Source: Nemertoderma westbladi (lineage: Eukaryota; Animalia; Xenacoelomorpha). From it: a stretch of 64,000 nt of DNA. A program made the position numbers and the translations under genes. The stretch is taken from contig JAUCBJ010008006.1 of NCBI GenBank assembly GCA_032718475.1, forward strand, positions 1 through 64,000, in the 5' to 3' direction. The first letter of the stretch is position 1, and each line of letters begins with the position of its first letter. The notes below the pieces were generated by a model. It worked only from the letters and a program-made list of their open reading frames with translations. It ran no database searches and was not told where the DNA came from. Below, piece after piece: positions 37,033-49,597 of this stretch.

Positions 37033-38635
37033 CTGCAGATGGAACGCCAGGTGCAGGTCGGATCCATACGAGGAGACACTGGCTGCAGATGGAACGCCAG
37101 GTGCAGGTCGGATCCATACGTGGGGACATTGGCTGCAGATGGAACGCCAGGTGCAGGTCGGATCCATACGAGGGGACACTGGCTGCAGATGGAACGCCAG
37201 GTACAGGTTGGATCCATACGAGGGGACACTGGCTGCAGATGGAACGCCAGGTGCAGGTCGGATCCATACGAGGGGGCACTGGCTGCAGATGGAACGCCAG
37301 GTGCAGATGGATCCATGCGAGGGGACACTGGCTGCAGATGGAACGCCAGGTGCAGGTTGGATCCATACGAGGGGACACTGGCTGCAGATGGAACGCCAGG
37401 TGCAGGTTGGATCCATACGAGGGGACACTGGCTGCAGATGGAACGCCAGGTGCAGGTTGGATCCATACGAGGGGACACTGGCTGCAGATGGAACGCCAGG
37501 TGCAGGTCGGATCCATACGTGGGGACATTGGCTGCAGATGGAACGCCAGGTGCAGGTCGGATCCATACGAGGGGACACTGGCTGCAGATGGAACGCCAGG
37601 TGCAGGTTGGATCCATACGAGGGGACACTGGCTGCAGATGGAACGCCAGGTGCAGGTCGGATCCATACGAGGGGACACTGGCTGCAGATGGAACGCCAGG
37701 TGCAGGTTGGATCCATGCGAGGGGACACTGGCTGCAGATGGAACGCCAGGTGCAGGTTGGATCCATACGAGGGTACATTGGCTGCAGATGGAACGCCAGG
37801 TGCAGGTCGGATCCATACGAGGGGACATTGGCTGCAGATGGAACGCCAGGTGCAGGTCGGATCCATACGAGGGGACATTGGCTGCAGATGGAACGCCAGG
37901 TGCAGGTCGGATCCATACGAGGGGACACTGCCTGCGGATGGAACGCCAGGTGCAGGTCGGATCCATGCGAGGGGACACTGGCTGCAGATGGAACGCCAGG
38001 TGCAGGTTGGATCCATACGAGGGTACATTGGCTGCAGATGGAACGCCAGGTGCAGGTCGGATCCATACGAGGGGACATTGGCTGCAGATGGAACGCCAGG
38101 TGCAGGTCGGATCCATACGAGGGGACATTGGCTGCAGATGGAACGCCAGGTGCAGGTCGGATCCATACGAGGGGACACTGCCTGCGGATGGAACGCCAGG
38201 TGCAGGTCGGATCCATGCGTGGGGACATTGGCTGCAGATGGAACGCCAGGTGCAGGTCGGATCCATACGAGGGGACACTGCCTGCGGATGGAACGCCAGG
38301 TGCAGGTCGGATCCATGCGAGGGGACATTGGCTGCAGATGGAACGCCAGGTGCAGGTCGGATCCATGCGAGGGGACATTGGCTGCAGATGGAACGCCAGG
38401 TGCAGGTCGGATCCATGCGTGGGGACACTGGAGCAGATGGAACGCCAGGTGCAGGTCGGATCCATGCGAGGGGACATTGGGTGCAGATGGAACGCCAGGT
38501 GCAGGTCGGATCCATACGAGGGGACATTGGCTGCAGATGGAACGCCAGGTGCAGGTCGGATCCATACGAGGGGACATTGGCTGCAGATGGAACGCCAGGT
38601 GCAGGTCGGATCCATACGAGGGGACACTGGAGCAA
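37033..38635. repeat. 50-bp GC-rich tandem satellite (ggctgcagatggaacgccaggtgcaggtcggatccatacgaggggacact), ~32 copies
   Basis: Visible 50-bp period. The unit is stop-free, which produces the six overlapping ~550-aa ORFs. Confidence 0.98.
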
Positions 38636-39019
38636 GATGAACAGTGTGAAATTCTTCGGTTGATCCTCCGCAGAGGCGACATGCGCCTGAGGGTGTTGGT
38701 CGCCAACAGCTACGTGAGCTGCACAGATTTTAGATTTTAAGTTTTTAGATTTTCAGATTTTAAGTTGACTTTATAGGCAACTCTCAGGGAGGAGGCGATA
38801 CCTCGACTTTTTAGGTGGTCGAAGTGTGCGCTAGAGGAATTTTTTGTTGACAATACCACCCCAAGATAGGAAAAACTCAACAAAACCCAACCGGTTGACC
38901 CCTATAAGTTAAATTATTATCGGACTGGGCGAGCCTCCCCCGCCCCCTTCTGAATTTAATGGCCTTTGTTTTCGTCATGTTTACAGTTAGTTTATTTTCT
39001 TCGCAGAGTTTGTCTAGTG

Positions 39020-39420
39020 CTGCTTCGACGTTTTAGAGAATTTCCGTAGATGGCTAGGTCGTCGGCATATAGAAGGAGGAAGACTCCCGTAACGACTGCT
39101 GCTGGGAGATCTGCAATCATCAAGCTGAGTAAAAGAGGCGACATTGGATGATACCAACCATTTGGGTAATAGGGTCCACAAGACAACTCCCCACACAGAT
39201 GCAAATAAAGTTTACGGCAATGAGCGCCCATATGGCCTTTATAAATTTCTTAATTACTCCGAGATTTTGTAGTTTAACACAGAGAAGGCGTCGGTCCACT
39301 GAATCAAAGCTTTGGTGAAGTCAATGAAAATACAAAACATATGACCACTGGGTGCTGCCAAGGTAGATGACACGGAAGAAAGTAGATATCGCACCGCCAT
39401 AACAGTTGACCTGCCATTCA
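39020..39420 (-). pseudogene. Degraded LINE reverse transcriptase fragment
   Basis: GRSTVMAV...MFCIFIDFTKA and SPLLLSLMIADL...LLLYADDLAIY (RT motifs including YADD), with deletions and frameshifts. Confidence 0.75.
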
Positions 39421-40013
39421 TTCATTTCATATCCGGATTCCACAGGCGGTTTAATTATCAAGATTAATATAGAATTAAAAGATATAAAAAGGCACATCTA
39501 TCAGCGCTTGCAATTCTAGGGTGGTCATGGATTAATAAATAAAATTGACTGATGAAATTTGCCCTACGCAAGTTTTGTAAAATAATCAATTAAAACCTCA
39601 TGGCGTTCCCAATGAGTATTGTATAGTTCAACACTGAGAAAATGTATATCAGTCTAAACGCGTTTTTCAGAGATACTTGTCAGGGATGGCAACATTAATA
39701 GCCAGGAATAATTTTCATATTGGGTGAATAATTTGATGTTCTAATTCCATGGCATGCCGCTAGGTGGTGCTAAATATCTCAATTTCAAGGCTTAATAACT
39801 TTTGAAGGAGTTTTTTATTTTTATTTAGTAGTTTTTAACGATAAATTATACATTATACATATATAATGTACAAAGTGGGGCCTTCGTGCAGAACGTCACA
39901 TGTAGAATTGCAGACCGATACAGCTTGCCAACACATTGTTACTATCAATAATCAAAAATCAGGGGCTAATAAAACGGCAGCTGGCTTTGAAATTAATACC
40001 CCATATCTCAAGA

Positions 40014-40117
40014 ACCGGTGGCCTAGTGGTTGTAGTCTCGGCTTCCACCTCGAGGTCCCAGGTTCGAATCCGACACCACGCTGATGAGACCCAGTAAGGT
40101 CGAAACGCGTACGTGGT
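40014..40117 (+). ncRNA. tRNA-like Pol III promoter head fused to a minimal type I hammerhead ribozyme (copy 1)
   Basis: A box TGGCCTAGTGG 40019-40029, B box GGTTCGAATCC 40061-40071. Stem I ACCACG/CGTGGT, core CTGATGA 40081-40087, stem II GACC/GGTC, GAAA, palindromic CGCG, predicted cleavage triplet GTA ending at 40111. Confidence 0.85.
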
Positions 40118-40427
40118 TTGGAGAGGTATGAGATATTAATTTCAAGAAAAATTACGCGATTCTTAAATTTGTACACTACCCGGTTAAAAAGTACGCATGT
40201 GATGGGATTAGTCCTACAATTGCGCCAATAAAAGATAAGTTATTTTCGGTAAAATAAACTTATCATTCGAGGTTAAGACCCCTAGATCCCTTCCTATAAT
40301 AATAAATGTATAATAACAAACACCTCGAAAAATACAGCTTGCCAACACATTGTTACTATCAATAATCAAAAATCAGGGGCTAATAAAATGGCAGCTGGCT
40401 TTGAAATTAATACTCCATATCTCAAGA

Positions 40428-40531
40428 ACCTGTGGCCTAGTGGTAGTAGTCTCGGCTTCCACATCGAGGTCCCAGGTTCGAATCCGACACCACGCTGATG
40501 AGACCCAGTAAGGTCGAAACGCGTACGTGGT
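40428..40531 (+). ncRNA. tRNA-like head plus minimal hammerhead ribozyme (copy 2)
   Basis: Same elements at offset 414: A box 40433, B box 40475, CTGATGA 40495, GAAACGCGTA 40516-40525. The ribozyme is identical to copy 1. Confidence 0.85.
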
Positions 40532-41248
40532 TTGGAGAAATATGAGATATTAATTTCAAGAAAAATTACGCGATTCCTGAATTTGTACATTGTTACTATC
40601 AATAAATCATGTAATTTTGACGCTCTCGGGTATTTTCAACGAAATTCAGATTACGTTACATATTTGGAATCCTTTCATTTTCCAGCTTTACACTTTTTTC
40701 AAACGGTTGTAGCTAAAGAATTATAGCAAAAATCAAAATCCTGGCTCACCAACTAAGGAGGAGGGAGATTAAACTATCTCTGTTTCAAATTTCATGCAAT
40801 CTCATTAAGATTTGTAGAAAAAGTTGGGAGGCCCGGAGATACTATCGCAGGCCCGGAGATACTATCGCAGATTCTCATATCTCAGATACTATCTCATATT
40901 TAATATGGAGACACAAGAGTATTGTTAGCACAATACAAAGTAATTACATGTCTGGAGGGAGGCATGACCCCGTGCCTTTGAATAAAAGCCGACCTACAAA
41001 CGGGCATTTACTTAATGATAATACCCTTCAACGGCTACAGAAATGAACTACCAATAATAAGAACATTCCATATTATTTGGAGGCAATGGCTGAATAGCCG
41101 CGTAAAGTTAAACTGCAACAGAGGTGTATGTAAACCGAAAGAAATAGGCCACGGTCACTCACAAATGCCTGAATGAGATGATATGAGTATGACAAGCAGC
41201 TTTGAAGTATTGGCTACCCCATAAACTATAGAAACTGTATGAGATGGC

Positions 41249-42680
41249 AGAGTATCTCCGGGCCAGCCTTAGTATCTCCGGGCCTGAGATAGTATCTCCG
41301 GGCCGGACTTAGTATCTCAGGGCCTGAGATAGTATCTCCGGGCCGGACTTAGTATCTCAGGGCCTGAGATAGTATCTCCGGGCCGGACTTAGTATCTCAG
41401 GGCCTGAGATAGTATCTCCGGGCCGGACTTAGTATCTCCGGGCCGGACTTAGTATCTCCGGGCCGGACTTAGTATCTCAGGGCCTGAGATAGTATCTCCG
41501 GGCCGGACTTAGTATCTCCGGGCCTGAGATAGTATCTCCGGGCCGGACTTAGTATCTCCGGGCCTGAGATAGTATCTCCGGGCCGGACTTAGTATCTCCG
41601 GGCCGGACTTAGTATCTCAGGGCCTGAGATAGTATCTCCGGGCCGGACTTAGTATCTCCGGGCCTGAGATAGTATCTCCGGGCCGGACTTAGTATCTCCG
41701 GGCCGGACTTAGTATCTCCGGGCCGGACTTAGTATCTCCGGGCCGGACTTAGTATCTCAGGGCCTGAGATAGTATCTCCGGGCCGGACTTAGTATCTCAG
41801 GGCCTGAGATAGTATTTCCGGGCCGGACTTAGTATCTCCGGGCCGGTCTTAGTATCTCCGGGCCGGACTTAGTATCTCAGGGCCTGAGATAGTATCTCCG
41901 GGCCGGACTTAGTATCTCCGGGCCTGAGATAGTATCTCCGGGCCGGACTTAGTATCTCCGGGCCGGAGTTAGTATCTCCGGGCCGGACTTAGTATCTCAG
42001 GGCCTGAGATAGTATCTCCGGGCCGGACTTAGTATCTCCGGGCCGGACTTAGTATCTCAGGGCCTGAGATAGTATCTCCGGGCCGGACTTAGTATCTCCG
42101 GGCCGGACTTAGTATCTCCGGGCCTGAGATAGTATCTCCGGGCCGGACTTTATCTCCGGGCCGGAGTTAGTATCTCCGGGCCGGACTTAGTATCTCCGGG
42201 CCGGACTTAGTATCTCCGGGCCGGACTTAGTATCTCCGGGCCGGACTTAGTATCTCAGGGCCTGGGATAGTATCTCCGGGACGGACTTAGTATCTCCGGG
42301 CCGGACTTAGTATCTCCGGGCCTGAGATAGTATCTCCGGGCCGGACTTAGTATCTCAGGGCCTGAGATAGTATCTCCGGGCCGGACTTAGTATCTCAGGG
42401 CCTGAGATAGTATCTCCGGGCCGGACTTAGTATCTCAGGGCCTGAGATAGTATCTCCGGGCCGGACTTAGTATCTCCGGGCCGGACTTAGTATCTCCGGG
42501 CCGGACTTAGTATCTCAGGGCCTGAGATAGTATCTCCGGGCCGGTCCGGGCCGGACTTAGTATCTCCGGGCCGGACTTATTATCTCCGGGCCGGACTTAG
42601 TATCTCAGGGCCTGAGATAGTATCTCCGGGCCGGACTTAGTATCTCAGGGCCTGAGATAGTATCTCCGGGCCGGACTTAG
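41249..42680. repeat. 20-bp tandem array of two interspersed unit types (agtatctccgggccggactt / agtatctcagggcctgagat), ~70 units
   Basis: Visible 20-bp period. Inverted copies of the unit lie at 40830-40897. Confidence 0.97.
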
Positions 42681-43219
42681 AAAAAAAAGGGGGAACCCAT
42701 GTCCCTTTAGGGGCTCCGTACACATCACCACCCCCTAAACTATATTTACATACTTTTGTATAAAGTAGTACTTTATAGTATACTGATCCAAGGGGATTGT
42801 TTCAAAAGTAGCGTGTGAGTGAGTGAGCGCAACGAGGATCTCAATACAGTAAAGAGTAATCACGTGTTCTAGTAGGATTCACGCAAAATCTCACCATTTT
42901 GTACACAAACTTAAGTTTGTTAATTAATACAATTGTTATATCGGACATCAATGAACTTCTGAACTTATATAATATTATATACACAAACAATACAATACAA
43001 TACTTTAAAACGTAATCTATGTGAACTGTGACAATAATGAAAATCAAGAGATGAGTTCTAAAACCGTTATAAATTGGCATTAACTTAACTTAGTTATGTA
43101 ACAATTAATAAAATGTCTTTTTCCTAACAAAGTTTCAGGTTTGTTTAGGCTCATTGCCCCTAGAGTTTGTAACAACTGTTAGTAGTCAATACTGCCATAA
43201 GCGCGACAAAATAAAACCA

Positions 43220-46200
43220 TCAAATACCAGTGGACAGGTCGTTTCTGTGATCAGAAAAATATTTATCTGTTTCTTTGAGTTGTTCTAGTTCATCCTCGTC
43301 GTAGTCGGATTCTTCGAGGAGAACGTCTTCCAGTTGGGTTGAATCGTCCCTTTCTTCGCTAGTTAATTCGTCCCTTTCCTCGGCTCGATTCTCAATAACG
43401 ATCTCCATTGTGGTGATCCCGTCGTCTGGATCCCCGACTCCGCTGCTAGTAGCCCCTCTATCCTCCACCTCCGCCAAAGTCTCTTTCAACGACTTGTAGC
43501 GATACTTGGCGTCCTTTTTCCGTCGGAGCACTGCGATCTGGGACGCGGGCACGTTCACGCAGGCCGGCACTAACCACGGGTCCACGTACCCGGTGCTTGT
43601 CTTAGTTCCCGTGAGGAAGAAGGTGTTGAGATCGACGAGATGCGGAGCGACTACCGGGGAGGAAGGTCGATCGGTGGAGGATAAACTCTTGCGAGCCGTC
43701 GACTTGGCGTCCGCGGCGCGGGCGATCTCCCTCTTCGTCCCGGACGAATTCAACTTATCAGAACTACTTGCGGGGACACGAGGTCTGGCCTTCGCGTCTC
43801 CGCTTCCAGGAATCTTTGTCCCACTTATTGGAGTTTGTTTTTTCGTATCGGGAACCCGACTCTTCTGGTTGCCAATGGATTTATCCACAGAACTTACTGG
43901 TTGTTTGGTGCCGGAGATCGGAGTTGTTTTAACGTTTATTCTTCTGTCAGGGGATTCAACGCGAATACTTTTTTTCGGATCGAGGTTAGACACTCTTTTT
44001 TTATCCTTTCCAGTTTCTTTTGAATCTTTGACGCTTCTAACTTCGGGAGTAATCACCTTTGGCGTATTCCGCTGATCAGACGAAACACTTTTTGAAACGC
44101 TCTTCTGCTTAGGAGTAGTTCCTTTTGAAATAATTCTAATATCAGAAGCAATAACCTTTGAAGTATTCTTTATATCAGAAACTAATCCTTTAGAATCAGC
44201 GACACTTCTTTGCACGGGTAATACCCCCTTCGCAACGGTCTTATGAAATGTCGTGGTTTCTTTGGTTGGCGCCTTGTACTCAGTTGTAGCCCCTTTGGGA
44301 GTGCCCTTATTGCTACCACTGGAAGATAATCGCTTACGTTCTGGAGTCAAGTTAATTGCGGAATCCCTTACGCTGTCCTTACGAGCGAGCTGAGACGCGA
44401 CTGCAGTAGGTTCTTTAATTCGATCGCTAGTCGGAGAGTCGTGGGTTCGATTAGTGGCGGGGGTTGTCGTGAAACTCGCGATGGGATGAGAGGAATTAGC
44501 TGAGGATTTCGTTATGGTCAGTTTAATTGGGGGTTTCTTGATTCGCCGCCCCCCTAATCTGATATGATCATCCTTCCTTATGGGATTACTTAAAGTCGTA
44601 TGCAACGCATCGAGAGCATCATCTGATTTGCTTTTCTGTCGCAAAGATTTCCGGCTTATTAAAAGTTTACCCTTTACACTCTTGTGAAATCGCTCGCAAT
44701 GTACTAAATGGTTCTCGTAGGACCTCTTGTACCTGTAGACAAGCCCACAAAACGAGCAAACGTGTTCTGTCATTTCGCCAGCGAATTTTTCTACTTTATT
44801 CGAAGTGTCAGTGGCATCTTTTTCGGTGCGAATCTTATCGGAGATCATGTTGGTGATGTTATCGACAGTCTTTAACGGAAACTTCCGCGGTCGTCCACGG
44901 CCCAACAGCCTCTTTACATGCGGCTTACCGAACTGCCCCAGTTGACGCTGTAGGTTTACTTTAGGAACTTTAGTTAACAACTTCGATTGCGTTATCTCGC
45001 CATCTTCACCGGAGCAGTCGTCCACGATCTGCAGCAACGGGGGGGTCGCCGGTGGCTCTGCGGGTTCTAGGTGGTTGATCCCGGACGATCGAGTACCATA
45101 CGCCCGTTGCTTAGGCGACGTAGAAGCGGACGAACGAGTCGCATGGACGGGTGATGACGTCACGGAATCCCCAGTCGCCCCGGGTGACGTCATAGGCTTG
45201 ATACACATATTTAATTGATTGCGAATTTTAAATTTCCAACAAGTTTTCTTGTGATAATCTAAAGTTTCGTTGGAGGAGAACGACGTTCCCTTACATCCGG
45301 GACACTGAAAGCAACTCTTCTCGGGGGATCGACGGTACTTGAGTTTATCCAGCGAGATGGAAACGCCCTTTACGGACGATGACGACGAGAAATCTTTAAC
45401 CATCCCCTTGGAAACGAACTTGGCGGCGCCGGGCTGGGGCTCTCCTGGATGGGAGCAGCGGCGGGAATGAGCCGCCAGCCTCGGCTGAGACCGACAGTCA
45501 AGGAAACACGTGGGACAGTTGAATCGACGCCGAGTCGTAACCGGTTTCTTAGATTCTACATCGAGTGAGCTCGGCGTCGTTGTAACGGCGACAGGATCCG
45601 ACTGGATCCCCTCGGGTTCCCGCCGTTGTTGCGGTGTACTCGACAGTAGTTGCGACGCCTCCTCGCTTAGCTCTGCCGCCCGGAAAGCGGCGCACTTCTT
45701 CCGGTGTCGGTACAAACTCTGACTCGTCCTGTATCCCTTACCGCACGCCTTGCATTCCCTCAGGGCCTTAATCGGGCCGACGTTGTTGTTACCAACTTTC
45801 GGCCGAACTCCATGGCCCATTCTCACCGAGTGGCCCTTCAGTGGCCGACCAACTTTCCTTTTAACCCCCAATTCCCCGTCGCCAACCCCACCTCCTTCCC
45901 CTTTATCGCCGCGTTTCCCCGTTATGAGCACCTCGTTGTCATTCTGCGAAGAAGCGCCCCCTTCCATCGCTTGGCTCAGTCGCGCCTTACAGTAATACTG
46001 CATGTGCTGAGCGAGTTTATTACGCTTGTTTACCGCGTAAACCTGATCGCAGAAGCGACAGTGGAGTAGGTTCTCTCCGGACACGATCTGGATTCCCCCC
46101 GACTCGAGGGCCTCTCGCATCTGCGATCGCGCCTCCTGCTTGGACCTCCGCTGCGTCCACTGGTCCCCGGACGGACATTGAACCGAGGCACTCAGCCGCT

Positions 46201-46638
46201 TCTGCAGTCGGTCCTTGTCCACCAGTCCAATCTCTTCGCCATCGTGTTCGGGGTAGATATCCGAAAGAGTTTTGAACGTTGGGATGTTATCGGGCAAGGA
46301 GTCTGCGTTGCTATGGAGGCTGGTGTTAGTTATCGGAGTGGCGTTGTTAGGAAGGCTCGCCTTGTTATGCGACCTCGCATCCAACGACCGCCGTTTACCG
46401 GACGACTCTTTAATCTTCTGACGAACTCGTTTCCGCGACGGTTTTACCGAACTTTCAACCGTTTCGCTCCCGGGACAACTTTTCCCGCATTGACGTCGGA
46501 GATGCAGGACCAGCCATTGCGCGTTGAGGAAACACTGACCGCACCTGTTGCACCAGACCTTGAGACGACACCCCCGACACAGAGGAATGTTGGGTGATGT
46601 TGGTTGCTCCGCAACGGGGACTGGACTAGGGTGGATTC
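43220..46638 (-). CDS. Last exon of a C2HC zinc-finger / AT-hook nuclear protein gene
   Basis: Acceptor ttttctcacttag (plus 46639-46651), frame open to TGA at 43220. Six CxxC-x12-14-H-x3-4-C fingers, RGRPRK AT-hook, basic Ser/Lys/Thr-rich region, acidic C-terminus. Confidence 0.85.
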
Positions 46639-46754
46639 CTAAGTGAGAAAATTAGTATTATTTACTTTTAACCTTCAAACCTACAATTTAGTATGGTAGG
46701 CCCTATATAAAATTTCGGATTCATCAGAATCATCACATGTTCTCACTTATTGAT

Positions 46755-49543
46755 ATCGGTTGATATTCTGTATATCACACCGGTTGATATTCTGTATATC
46801 ACACTGGTTGATATTCTGTATATCACACTTGTTGATATTCTGTATATCACACTTGTTGATATTCTGTATATAACACTGGTCGATATTCTGTATATCACAC
46901 TGGTTGATATTCTGTATATCACACCGGTTGATATTCTATATATAACCCCGGTTGATATTATGTATATCACACCGGTTGATATTCTGTATATCACCCCGGT
47001 TGATATGATGTATATCACACCGGCTGATATTCTGTATATCACACCTGTTGTTATTCTGTATATCACACCTGTTGATATACTGTATATATCACACCGGTTG
47101 ATATTCTGTATATCACACCGGTTGATATTCTGTATGTATATCACACCGGTTGATATTCTGTATATCACCCCGGTTGATATTATGTATGTATATCACACCG
47201 GTTGATATTCTGTATATCACCCCGGTTGATATTATGTATATCACACCGGTTGATATTCTGTATATCACACCGGTTGATATTCTGTATGTATATCACACCG
47301 GTTGATATTCTGTATGTATATCACGCCGGTTGATATTATGTATATCACTCCGGTTGATATTCTGTATGTATATCACACCGGTTGATATTCTGTATATCAC
47401 ACGGGTTGATATTCTGTATGTATATCACACCGGTTGATATTCTGTATGTATATCACGCCGGTTGATATTATGTATGTCACCGCGGTTGATATTCTGTATA
47501 TCACACCGGTTGATATTCTATATATAACCCCGGTTGATATTCTGTATGTATATCACACCGGTTGATATTATGTATGTATATCACACCGGTTGATATTCTG
47601 TATGTATATCACACCGGTGGATATTATGTATATCACTCCGGTTGATATTCTGTATGTATATCACACCGGTGGATATTATGTATATCACTCCGGTTGATAT
47701 TCTGTATATCACTCCGGTTGATATTCTGTATGTATATCACACCGGTTTATATTCTGTATATCACACCGGTTGATATTCTGTATGTATATCACACCGGTTG
47801 ATATTCTGTATATCACAGCGGTTGATATTCTGTATATAACACCGGTTGATATTCTGTATGTATATCACACCGGTTGATATTCTGTATACCACACCGGTTG
47901 ATATTCTGTATATGACACCGGTGGATATTCTATATATAACCCCGGTTGATATTATGTATGTCACCCCGGTTGATATTCTGTATGTATATCACGCCGGTTG
48001 ATATTATGGACATCACACACGGTTGATATTCTGTATACCACACCGGTTGATATTCTGTATACCACACCGGCTAATATTCTGTATATCACACCGGTTGATA
48101 TTCTGTATATCACACCGGTTGATATTCTGTATATAACACCGGTTGATATTCTGTATGTATATCACACCGGTTGATATTCTGTATACCACACCGGTTGATA
48201 TTCTGTATATGACACCGGTGGATATTCTATATATAACCCCGGTTGATATTATGTATGTCACCCCGGTTGATATTCTGTATGTATACCACACCGGCTAATA
48301 TTCTGTATATCACACCGGTTGATATTCTGTATATCACACCGGTTGATATTCTGTATGTATATCACGCCGGTTGATATTATGGACTTCACACACGGTTGAT
48401 ATTCTGTATACCACACCGGTTGATATTCTGTATACCACACCGGTTGATATTCTGTATACCACACCGGCTAATATTCTGTATATCACACCGGTTGATATTC
48501 TGTATATCACACCGGTTGATATTCTATATATAACCCCGGCTGATATTCTGTATATCACACCTGTTGATATTCTGTATATCACACCTGTTGATATTCTATA
48601 TATATCACACCGGTTGATATTCTGTATATCACACCGGTTGATATTCTGTATGTATATCACCCCGGTTGATATTCTGTATGTATATCACACCGGTTGATAT
48701 TCTGTATATCACCCCGGTTGATATTATGTATATCACACCGGTTGATATTCTGTATGTATATCACGCCGGTTGATATTCTGTATATCACAGCGGTTGATAT
48801 TCTGTATGTATATCACACCGGTTGATATTCTGTATGTATATCACGCCGGTTGATATTATGTATATCACTCCGGTTGATATTCTGTATGTATATCACGCCG
48901 GTTGATATTATGTATATCACTCCGGTTGATATTCTGTATGTATATCACACCGGTTGATATTCTGTATGTATATCACACCGGTTGATATTCTGTATGTATA
49001 TCACGCCGGTTGATATTATGTATATAACCCCGGTTGATATTCTGTATGTATATCACACCGGTTGATATTATGTATGTATATCACACCGGTTGATATTCTG
49101 TATGTATATCACACCGGTGGATATTATGTATGTATATCACACCGGTTGATATTCTGTATATCACACCGGTTGATATTCTGTATGTATATCACGCCGGTTG
49201 ATATTCTGTATATCACAGCGGTTGATATTCTGTATGCATATCACACCGGTTGATATTCTGTATATCACACCGGTTGTATATCACACCGGTTGATATTCTG
49301 TATACCACACCAGTTGATATTCTGTATATCACACCGGTGGATATTCTATATATAACCCCGGTTGATATTATGTATGTCACCCCGGTTGATATTCTGTATG
49401 TATATCACGCCGGTTGATATTCCGTATATCACACCGGTTGATATTCTGTATGTGGGGCAAGCCACGAAGTTGGCGGAGCCTTAGCGAATTGACACTGTTA
49501 GGGGGTGGGTCAATTTATGCAAATAGTTGTCGTCGTCGTCGTT

Positions 49544-49597
<54 letters not shown>

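Noticed and set aside
14052-38635. Common origin of the 59-bp and 50-bp satellites flanking the retrotransposon
   Set aside because: They share only a short tgcaggtc word, and both lie outside the TSD-bounded element.
36987-38740. Six overlapping 530-580 aa ORFs
   Set aside because: Artefact of a stop-free 50-bp unit cycling through all frames.
40014-40080. Functional tRNA gene
   Set aside because: A and B boxes are present, but I could not fold a proper acceptor stem or anticodon arm, and the sequence runs directly into a hammerhead.
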